Origin: Lingula anatina
Taxonomy: Eukaryota > Animalia > Brachiopoda
Assembly: GCA_051362555.1 (NCBI GenBank)
Contig: CM120647.1
Location: 4,588,001 to 4,652,000 of the forward strand
DNA: 64,000 bases
Direction of reading: 5' to 3'
Below are positions 14,158 through 25,500 of the stretch, in pieces. The translations under genes were made by a program, and so were the position numbers. Below the pieces are notes generated by a model. That model saw nothing but the letters and a program-made list of their open reading frames with translations. It ran no database searches and was not told where the DNA came from. Position 1 is the first letter of the stretch. Each line of letters opens with the position of its first letter.

Positions 14158-14855
14158 AGATGTTTTCATGCAAAGCACAGGTTTCTTTCGTCACCATACT
14201 TGATCGGACCATCCTTTAAACCACAGAATGTAAAAAAAGGTAAATAGACGTATATATCAAATGAATGATGACAGTTTTTAAGGGTAAAACGGTGACATCA
14301 TACATCCCACCGTGTCATCCACATATTGTTATCCCGTTGAATATCGTGGGAGTGAAGCATCACTGAGTCCTTAATTAAGTTTTGCATGCAGACACCAAGG
14401 GTGGGAGAAAGTGACCCATTTTTTTACACTTTCCTCGATCATCACTTGATAAATTCAGACGACCTCGCACCTATTTGCTTAGATAAAGATATCAAATGGT
14501 ATCAGGGCATAGCCCAGACTTGAGATGAGCGACATATGACGGCATTCTCCGGCAAATATTTAATTTGAACGTGATAGGATGAGATGTCAATTTCGATATG
14601 ATTAGGCGCACTGAAGTCATTTCAGTTTGACGTAGATTAACTGACTCTGTGAGACGTTTAGTGTTGAGAAGTTATATGATAGAAGTTCTTTGTACCATAT
14701 GCATTAGCGACATTTAATGAGGCACCCACTGGTGGCGTATTTGACTCCATCGACTGAACACTCGGTACGAAGCCAGTAATAACGGAGAAACAATCCGGAC
14801 AGAAATCCTTAATCATCGTATAGTTTATCTTTATCGGGTAAAGAACTCCTGAAAT

Positions 14856-16401
14856 ATGGCTGTTCACGTATGGGGACTCGTCGCCATTATTGTGTTCTAC
14901 TTGCTTATTTTCATCCTTGGCATCTGGGCGGCGAGGAAAAATAAAAAGAAAGGGAAGGAGGCGACGAGTGAGGACATCTTGCTAGCCGGGCGAAATATCG
15001 GGACGTATCTTGGGATATTTACATTGACAGGTCAGTTTATTTTATAGTGCTTTTAAACAATATAAAATACCAGTGACTTGCATAAATATGCCATATGATT
15101 TTGGGTTTTGAGTTGAGGGCAAAGGATAAGATAGAGAGTTTGTCGTCAGCAAATATTGAATATGCGATTTTCTTGATTGCCTATCCATTTATTTGTTCAA
15201 TTGTTATTTCTTTTTTGCCATATTGCCGTATCTGCCTCACACAAAGCATTCCTGCTTTTTCAATGCAGTTCAAATAGATCATCAATTATTCTTTCGTCTT
15301 ATCGCTTGTTTTATTTGTATTCACACCAAAGATCCACACTAACAGCATGGTTTTATTTACAAAAAAAAAAATAAATAAATAAAAAAAAAAAATAAATAAA
15401 TCATATTTATTTGATTGTGATCAGTCAACAGGTAATATTGAAGTTATTTCAGTCCATAATCTGCCTAGGAAATCTTCCGGGCTCTTCTTTGACTATTAAA
15501 ACTTATACTTTTGGTGTTTTATTTACAATTCCGCGAAAAGACATGATTGTGTGTTAAATATATCGAAAGGTATTATCACTATGATATAGTGTAACTGAAA
15601 CAGGAGAGAACACTTATCAGAATCTTGGTGACCCAGAAATTAAAATCGATGCGCACATGTGCAATTTTATTTTTTCCCAGATGGACCATTGTGGCTGCAT
15701 GCCGTCAACTTTATCAATTTAACTTCCAGCCACGTGGGTAGATGGCGCTCTGATCAGCGGCGTTGCCGAGGGTATCTACACTTCCGGTTTGTCCTCGCTC
15801 AGTATGCCGCTAGGGTACTGTATGTCGACTATTTTAGGTAATCAGCAATGTCGCACAATGGAACATAATATGTGACAAGACAGAAAATACTATTATATTA
15901 TCGATGAGCATAATATGTACATTTAAACTCTTACAAAAGCTATACATTCCTGTTTTTATAAATGCACTGCACGGGGACATGTCAATTTTCACGAAACTAT
16001 CGAATGTGTAATGTAGATCCTTTTCAGATTTGTTTCAATCAGAATTCAGTAATATTAGCATTAAAACTGTTACATCCAAGTTATGTTTGATTTCATGGTT
16101 TTTAAAGATGATTCTGGAAGAAAATTGCAGATTACTTTTGCTACAGAGTACACTGTACAAACTATAGAATGTACCTGTACGGACTGACATGATTATTGAT
16201 GTTACCGACAAATTCCATTCCAGCTGCGTTCTTCTTTGTCAAAAAGATGCGCGAAGGCAACAATGTCACAATGCTGGACCCCTTCGACCGGAAGTTTGGT
16301 AAAATCATGACAGGGTTCCTGTTCCTGCCGGCTCTCTCCGGGGACATGTTCTGGTGTGCTGCAACCTTGTCGTCATTAGGTCTGGGTTGTATTTATGAAT
16401 A

Positions 16402-16479
<78 letters not shown>

Positions 16480-17859
16480 TCAGAAACACACTTAAGTGTT
16501 AAAAATGATGTTATACCAAGACCAATTCTCTCCATGTATATAAATGGCTACATACATGCTTGCACGCATATACATACATACATACATACATACATACAAA
16601 CATACATACATACATACATACATACATACATACATTTATAAAACACACAGTTTGACCTCAATGTCAGGATGAAAACCGATGCATTATAGTGTTTGTCGAA
16701 ATAGGTACAACTCTAACGGTGGTGGTTGGGCTAGATCACTGGATTGCTATCACGGTGTCGGCAGCTGTGGTCCTGATATACACGTTGTTTGGGGGACTCT
16801 ACTCCGTCTCCTATACCGACGTCATGCAGATGCTGTTCATCTTTGTAGGCTTGGTAAGTTTTACTCTCTTTTGTGTGTTACACTGTACAAAGGTGCAAGG
16901 CGTGCAGATATGCATATACATATACAGGGTACATTTGTAACAGCTAAGGTTACATGACCGCTGGTAGACAATGGACACAGATGGCAATGTCACCATGTAC
17001 TCCAACACAATTGCTATTTTCAACATGTAGCACACACACAGATGTAACTTGTGTTAATTCTCACAATTGAAATCTTTCATAATACGTTTTGCCTTACACC
17101 AAATCATTACGGCAATTTAATTTCTTCTCTAGTGGCTGGCCATTCCCTTTGCTCTGTCCAACCCCTTGATGACGTCACTATCAGAGACGACAGAGAAGTG
17201 GGTAGGGACGCTTCCAAACCATGATATCAGCACCTACATAGACATACTGCTACAACTGATGTTTGGAGGAATACCTTGGCAGGTAAAAACGCTCGTTTCT
17301 TTATAATCAAGGCTGAGAGAAAATGCTTATGCGAATTCGAGAAGGGAGTGGCTGCTGTAGGCCTTCGATGACTCCCTTTAACGACAAGCTGATTATTTCT
17401 AATACGTGGTATTTGTCTAGGTGTTGAGAGTAGTTATTTAGTGGTTTCAATTCAAATAGAAATAAAAATGCAGTTTTTCAAAATACTTTTGGAGTGAGGA
17501 AGGGTAACTGCTGATTTTGTACACAGATATGAGTATATCGGTAGCCACTGAGCAAAATGTTCCATCAGTTGCGTTTTTGTAATTAATTGTGTTTGTCATT
17601 AACTGCTGTACAGGTTCTGTGGCAGCGGGCCCTAGCGATGAAGTCATCAAGGTTGGCGGAAGTGATGCTTTACGCAGGCGCACTAGGTTTTGTAGTCTGC
17701 ACAATACCGCCTCTGCTCATAGGGATGGTGGCAGTGTCTGTTGGTAATTGATCTGGATCAATTATACTTTGTATTGGACATTAATATTCATTTCAGTATA
17801 CTTTAGACTTTTTTATCATTTTAAGTTATTGCTTACCATTATTATTATTATTATTATTA

Positions 17860-17899
<40 letters not shown>

Positions 17900-19695
17900 T
17901 ACCAGTGCTGTTATATCTGGTTTACAAAGAAGTTACAAATATAGCCCTGAAACTGACATTTTGGTCAGATGTTCATTGTAACGCGTCTTTATAAGCAATT
18001 TGGATGGTCCTGCATTTGGAACGATTCCTGTATCTCTAATAATCTGCACTGCGTCCCAATACATTGTCTCTCCAACAAATGGGAGAATGATGCAACTAGA
18101 TTTTTTCCTTTATTCTTACTACTTTTATTTGGTGTCAGATTGGAACGCCACAGCGTACGACGGAGAACTCCCGTTTCCAGCAGATGACCTAAAACTGATT
18201 GCACCGCTTGTCTTGCAGTATGTGTGCCCTTTTGTAGGTAATATCATTTTAAAGTATGAACCACAATATATTTAATATGACAAACTTTAGGTAATGTATT
18301 AACGTTAAGTTAAACAGTAACTGTATATAATATAATATAATATAATATAATATAATATAATATAATATAATATAATATAACATAAGAGAGTTTGACTAAA
18401 TATGAAAGTATATGGTTTATGTTAAAGTGCAAATAACTTTAAGTCGTTTTTTTATTTTTGCTTTAGTTTCTCTAATTGGTCTTGGCGCCATTTCCGCTGC
18501 AGTAATGTCGTCTGCAGACTCCATTTTGCTTTCCTCGAGCTCCATGTTTTCCAACAATATCTATAAACCTGCAAGGATGGGAAAGGTATTTGCTAGGCAG
18601 TTTCATCTTTTTTTTAAGGAGAAACAGCTGTACAATGCTGCAGGTTATTTTGATAAATTTGTTACAGAAATTACTATGCGCAAATTACATAGGCTAAACA
18701 GCGTTCATCAATGGCTAGCCAGTTGCTTTCTACCTCATTGGTATTTGTTTTATTGAAAAACAACATAAAAATATTATTCTTGACATCATGTAAATCAAAC
18801 GTATAAATTACATTACAAACAAAGGTATTAAACATTTTCAATCACAAACATCAGTGGACTGTGAGCAACATACAATGAGGCAGTTTGCTTTAAGTCTGGT
18901 CATTTTATCGTTTTTAAGTCAATATTACAACGCGATTTTTTACGTATATACGCTACGTGATTGCTATTAAACAAAAACAAAAACAAACAAACAAACAAAA
19001 AAAAAACAAAAAAAACAAACAAACAAAATGCCCCACGGAAATTTGGTGACAAGCGTATATTTTGCCCTACTTTATTTTTCCAGGCCAGTGAGCGTGAACT
19101 TATCTGGGCCATGCGAGTATTTATGACTCTCATGGCCATTCTGACCACGGTGTTGGCCATCGAGATCACCAGCATCTTTGCTCTGGCTATTTTGTGCTCC
19201 GATCTGGTCTACGTCATCCTGTTCCCTCAGTTCACCTCGGTCTTGTTTGTGGACGGTGCAAACATCTACGGATCCATTGCTGGGTACGTCTTGGGATTGA
19301 TCATCCGGGTACTTAGCGGGGAGCCGTTGTTAGGTCTGCGAGCAGTTCTGAGGTGGCCTTGGTATGAGGAAGAAACGGATTTCCAGCCGTTCCCCTATAG
19401 GACGGGCTGTATGCTGCTCAGCTTCTTAACTATCCTTCTCGTGTCCTACGTCACAAACGTGGCGTTTCTGGCAGGATGGCTGCCTAGGCGGTATGACGTA
19501 CTCAACGGCATTGTGTGGTATTCAGAGAGTAAACCGAAAGAACCCTCCGATGAAAATTGGTCGGCACAGAATGAAAAGAATGAGTTTGTTGATTTAGAGA
19601 TTCTACCCAGACGAAAAATGGAGGTGAACGAAGCTGAAGACGATGGCTCAGAAGAAGTTTCCAGGTTGGAACAAGAACCGCTGACGTCAAACTGA
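14856..19695 (+). CDS. SLC5A7: SLC5A7/CHT1-like paralog C, 9 coding exons, about 565 aa
   Basis: Exons 14856-15030, 15730-15837, 16224-16379, 16705-16853, 17133-17282, 17614-17743, 18139-18237, 18467-18585, 19084-19695 are GT-AG, total 1698 nt, and match the first eight exon sizes of B. Confidence 0.93.
16403..16635. repeat. (AT)n and (CATA)n microsatellites, intron 3 of C
   Basis: (AT)n at 16403-16474 and (CATA)n at about 16572-16635. Confidence 0.9.
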
Positions 19696-21291
19696 CCTTC
19701 TATATGGTCTGAGTATTACAGTCAAATGATCATTTTAGACCACAGGTTTTTAAAAACAAGTACCAGACGCTGTCACTGAACGACAAACCGCATGATTTGC
19801 ATTTAACGATTATGTTTTCACAGGGTACTGGTTTTATTACAAAATTAATCCAATTTACAAAATGCGCATGCATGATATTGTTCACATGAAAAGTAAATTA
19901 ATAATAAAAGGACTCGGTGAATTATTGAAGTGATGTCGAAGTTCTATTCTTATTGATCACCATATACAGGTAGGCCTGTTTGTAATCGCCTAAGTGTGTA
20001 AAAGTGAAAATATCACGCAAAATCTTTTCCCAAACACAACCAAACACCAACAGAATATGGTAACATTTGATTAATCGTCAGGAAAACCGGACAACGATTT
20101 GTATTACGCGACATTAACGTAAGTATATGACTGCGAATCTATAAACCTCTATAAATATTTTTCTTCCTTTTGGAAGTCTCCCCACCATCAATATTAAGGT
20201 TATATATTTGGTCAAATCACATATTTCCATACTCTGCTCTTCAAACAGAAAAGAACACAGATATTTTCTCGAAAAAAAAATTTTGTGGAAGCCATAGCTT
20301 GGGAAATAGAGCTGTCCTTTATGCGTCGGCATGTCGTCTGTTTTCCAGGCGAACTTCATCAGGGAATGGGCAGTAAAAATATGACAGGCTAACGCTCCCT
20401 GACACCCCCTCACCCCCTCAACCAACACCCTATAGCCTGGTATGATATCATAGACCTATGATAGTTTCGGCAAGGAAATCAAGCGTAAAGGCCATACATT
20501 GATAAACTATAATCTGTGTTTAAAATGACTTGGTACCTATAAGATATCTTGGCATCATTTAGACATATGCTTCAGAATATTGCCATCTGTAGTTTAATTT
20601 TTTTGCTAAATCGGAGTACGGGTTTACATCATTACACATTTTTATGTAAATTGCAAAGTCAAAGGGTAAAATCACTTATTTCATTACTCTTGAATCAAGT
20701 GTTGTAACTCAACGACACAGGCATAAAAAAAAATCATACACAGCAGATCGACCAAGCAAATTAAGGAATCGTAATTTCAATAAAGGCAGCAAAAAAGTCT
20801 GTTCTACTCGTATGGCGGCACATGTACTCGGGCAAATAGACAGGTTGCAGTCGGAACTCATGACATGTGGGTTGTAACAGCATAAACCATCTTTATTTTC
20901 TTTGACTTATTGCTACAAGTGTTGTTGCTGCAATTGTCGTTGCAGTAAATAAACAATAAAGCGTAAGTGAAACAGTAACTACTCAATTACATACACTTCT
21001 TTCTGTACACTTCTTACTAAATGCCAAACGGAAATTTTAACCTTATCATAACTGTAAAGTAACATACATTAGTAATAACATAGGTTCTATTGATTAATCG
21101 TACATGAACGTTTGTCCTCTTTGAACCCTTAAACTTGACGCTGGACTACAACCAAAGTTCCTTGCCTATAATTAAACATAAATAAATAAAATAAAAATAA
21201 AACAATGTACGTACTTTAATACTTAACAGGTAAAAACTAATGCTACGGAGGCGATTGTGCTTGTTGCACCTTACCAATACATTAGAGTTTT

Positions 21292-21510
21292 ACACCCCAT
21301 TCTCATAGATTAGATCGACCTACTTTAGATCGACCTAACTCCCTGGGGGTTCACGCTAAATAGCTGTCAGCCGGGCGGACACGAAAGTTAATTACCCCTT
21401 ATAGCTTGTAGTAGGCGGGGACGGACACTTAAGGGGGATTATCTGACAGTAATCTAGTGAGACTCCCCGCGGTGATAGATCGATCTAAAAGTTGTGAGAA
21501 CAGAGCCTAA
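21292..21510. mobile_element. Small MITE (TAGATCGATCTA family)
   Basis: Has subterminal inverted repeats and an inverted homolog at about 48152-48372. Confidence 0.6.
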
Positions 21511-21620
21511 GAACACGTGTTTCAAAGCTCACCTAAAGTGTCTCTTTAAGATTCTTTAAATGTAAATACTGAACAGACACGACTGGGTGACACTAATGAA
21601 TACAAAATATCTGATAATAT

Positions 21621-21934
21621 CCCGCACGAAAATGCAGTAGTTTCGAAGTAGCAAAAAAGCATTAACGCAGTAGTGGTGTGGAGCATATTTGCAGTAGAAA
21701 TGCAGTATAGTCTACTGCAATTCTACTCCAAAAATTACATAGGTTTGTACAGAGAGGAGCATTAATGCAGTAGATTAGCAGCATGATAGAAGCATGTTTC
21801 AAATATGCTAATTAGTTCCCAAATCGAAGCAGATTTGAATCATGTTTGCAGTATGATTGCAGTAGTCTACTGCGTTTTGCAGTGTGATTGCAGTAGTCCA
21901 TTGCGCTGGAGTATCTACTGCGTTTTCTTGCGGG
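21621..21934. mobile_element. MITE family 1, copy 2 (inverted), upstream of D
   Basis: Reverse complement of 2798-3111. Confidence 0.85.
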
Positions 21935-22521
21935 ATCCGATGTCTGTGAGCGGCTTTACCTAACATGTACAAGGAATGTGGCATTTGCTAGAAACATATA
22001 TTTTACAAGATGCCACCTTTCATCGGGCGTTAACTCCATACATACATGATTTTTACTCTAAGCTATTAGCAGACTTGGGCACTGTTATCTTTTTCAAGTT
22101 AATACATTAACAATGAAAACGTACCTTGACATCTGACAGGTTTCCAATTTATTTTAGCAACAGTGAAGATTTTGTGTTTATAATCTTATTGTATATGCTA
22201 GAGGAGTAACGCACGTGTCCTTTGCCTGACGATATCTGCTTTACATTACCAAAGCGCGTGTATAAGGAGACATTTTTGTGGTTTTCGTCGCTTGATTTAA
22301 TCCACACGTGTCATTGGCACTCAACGTATTCTGTGCACAACTTCGTAAAGATTTAAGATGTGGAGCAACATTAAAGTAAAACATAAAAAGAAGAAGGAGA
22401 TAATAAAACGTGCATCTTGTCAACGTACCCGCACGTCTACGCCGTGGGGAAAACTTGCAATATACAATTTGAGCATCTTTGTAGACGAATTACACAGAAA
22501 TTGCCACACACTTTACGCAGC

Positions 22522-25500
22522 ATGACCGTGCACGTCTGGGGCCTTGTAGCCATCATCATTTTCTACGTCCTCATCTTCATCTTGGGTATCTGGGCGGCCT
22601 GGAGAAATAAGAAACGAGGAAAGGAGACGACGAGTGAGGATATTTTATTAGCAGGGAGAAATATTGGGCCGTTCCTTGGCATTTGTACTTTAACAGGTAT
22701 ATCTTAGGTCCTAGATACTAGTACTATAGCTTTAATGGTGCGAAGGGAAAAAAGCAAGGGGAATATGATTTCATTCTAACATTTGACTTTAAATAATTAT
22801 ATCATTATTTCCGAAGGACATTCGATTTCGCCTTATCTAATTTCAAGCAAATTAAGCGAGAATCACCCAGCACTCTCGAATCGTATGGTAAAGTGACAAA
22901 TTGATACTTAGGTGTGTGTCCGTGATAGGACCAGTCAGAGTGTGGCAAGGTGTGGGTCAACAGATTTCAACTAAATTCAAACTGTTGTTGCACACATAGC
23001 AGATATTAACATTAAAGGCAACAATCATTGGATATAATTGAAATATGACATTAGGACATTTCTGGTTTGATTTTCAGCTTGAGTCAATAAAGCCATTTCA
23101 TGAGCAAATACAACATTGGTCAAAAAGTTGCCCATTCCCCAGTTTCATGTTCTTTTATTTATAAATGATCACATGTGAAAGTTGTTATTAATAGTTATTA
23201 TATTCCAGATATCATAACTGCAGTAACATTAATAGTAGAACAGAAAATACAAACTAGCGGTAAAGATACCAATTCCAATGACATTTTTTCACCTTAATTA
23301 CATGTATTCCATGTTCCACTGTCATTTCAACACAGGTAAAGAAATGCCCATTAAATTGAAAAGCCACCGCCATAAGTCACCAAATTTACATACATTTAAC
23401 ATTAGGGTGTGTTCGTTAAAGGTCACGTGTCTATTAACACGTGTGTTTACCGCGTATACTGTGATTACATCATGTAGACAGCATCGCTGCCTTCAACAAT
23501 GGTAACATTTTGTTTTGTGGCATTTTGTCTCATGTTACCTAAAAGCTTGGCGGAATTGGTCCACATTTTTTGGAGTTTACTTCTCCTCTGGATTGCACTC
23601 TTCAATTCATACCACGGGTGCTCAGTACGTTTAATTTCAGGACTCAGTGATGATTTCTCCAACCTTTAAACATTAAATTTCTGCACAAATCACTCACCAG
23701 AAAAAACTGTGTGCAAGTGTGCTGTCATAATGAAGCCTGGATCTCCCTCGAAGTCCCCTTTGCAAATGAATGAAATATGTGTTGAGAATCTTTTAGTGAA
23801 TTGCTCCAATAACGTTATTTTCCGGAAAGAACAATGCAAGAGGAATTCAAACGTATTTAGGAATTCAATCAATGCTTTGATAAGGGCAAATCTATCCGTC
23901 TTTTTTCATAAGCACAATTTGGCATCTATCAATTCTAAAAGAAATAATAACAATAATAATAAAAAATAACTAAAGTTATCATAATAACTTAAACTAATCA
24001 AGAGTTCCCTTTTTGCAAGACTTTTATTTTGAGATCTATAATACAGGATTGATCACACAATGTACTTTTCAAACAGAGCCATACAACTTCTGAATAATTT
24101 TTAATTATTATAGTGACAAGTCTCCATCCCCCCTTTTTTAATGAGTTATTACTCAGAATATCCAATGTAATCAGCATTGTGTATACCTTATTTTTATTGT
24201 GTAATACAGGTTTTAAAAATTACAAATGAAGTGTTCTAAAGGTAAAAGGGAATGACTGTTTCATTCGATCAGTTTCCTCAAGTGTAAGCCTAATTTAATC
24301 CACTTGTAATGATTTATATATTATTTTTTTTTAACTTTTCTTTTTCCTGCCTTTCAAATAATTTATAGTCCTTGTAGATGCATGTGATATATTGATATTT
24401 ATTTTCCTTTCCTGTAGAGAAAATGAAAACGGAGTCAGTAACATAGAGTTAATAATAATAATAATAATACTAATTTATTTTTCTATGGCGCATTCCATTA
24501 AAAATCTCAATGCGCCTTACAACATTCACTTAAAAGAGCTAAATAACACAATACTAATATAAGAACACATTACAATTCTAAAGGACTAAGAACTAATTTA
24601 AAGAACCAATTATTCATATTCTAAAATGATAAGAACCTAAAGTGACAACATTTAAAATTAATCATAAAATTACAGTAACTAAAATTAACTATATGATAGT
24701 TACTGATAGGCTATTCTAAAAGTATGAGTTTTCAAAAGCTTTTTAAAAGTATCTATGACACTTGCTGCTCGTATTTCAGAGGGTAAGGTGTTCCAAACTT
24801 TGGGTGCATATATCATAAATGCCCTTTCACCGTAAAATTTACCAGCTTTTTTCTCTAAGACACTGTGTTCTAAAAGTAAATGACTAAAAGTTGAAGACCT
24901 GGTAACTCTTCCATGCTGATGTTGCTTCATACGTTCTGAGATATAAAGTGGTTTATTCTCAGTGACTGCTTTAAAAATGACACATAAAATTTTAAATAAA
25001 ATCCTCTCTCTTACTGGAAGCCAGTGAAGTTCCATCAAAACAGGTGTTATATGCTCTCGGCTGTTCCATCCCATTTAAGTTACCAGCCTAGCTGCAGAAT
25101 TTTGAATTAATTGAAGTTTGTTCAGATTATTTTTGCCTAAACCATATAAGAGACTGTTGCAATAATCAAGCTTAGAAGTAATGAAAGCATGTTTCTCAGT
25201 TGAAGTTTTGTCCAGTAAGTCACGTATCTTACTAATTCGCCAAAGTGAGTATGATGCCGATTTGCAAATTTCAGAGATCCGTCTATCCATAGTTGCATAC
25301 TGATCGAAGGTGACACCTTAATCTTTCACATAGCTAGATGGATTGATGTTGACACCACCGATACAAATATCAGATTTCATTGCATTTCCCCTGTCTGACT
25401 TGGACCTTGATGTAAACCATATAAGTTCAGTTTTTCCATCATTTAGTGCTAGCATGTTTGTTTTCATCCAATTTCGGATCTCAGCTAGACAAGTTTCTAT

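Noticed and set aside
20114-20428. ORF segment HSLMKFAWKTD resembling the MFS sequence HSLIKSPTKTD, suggesting a third MFS remnant
   Set aside because: The DNA matches the Penelope hammerhead region at 8677-8712 better (CATTCCCTGATGAAG..CAGAC), and the rest of the ORF has no MFS similarity.
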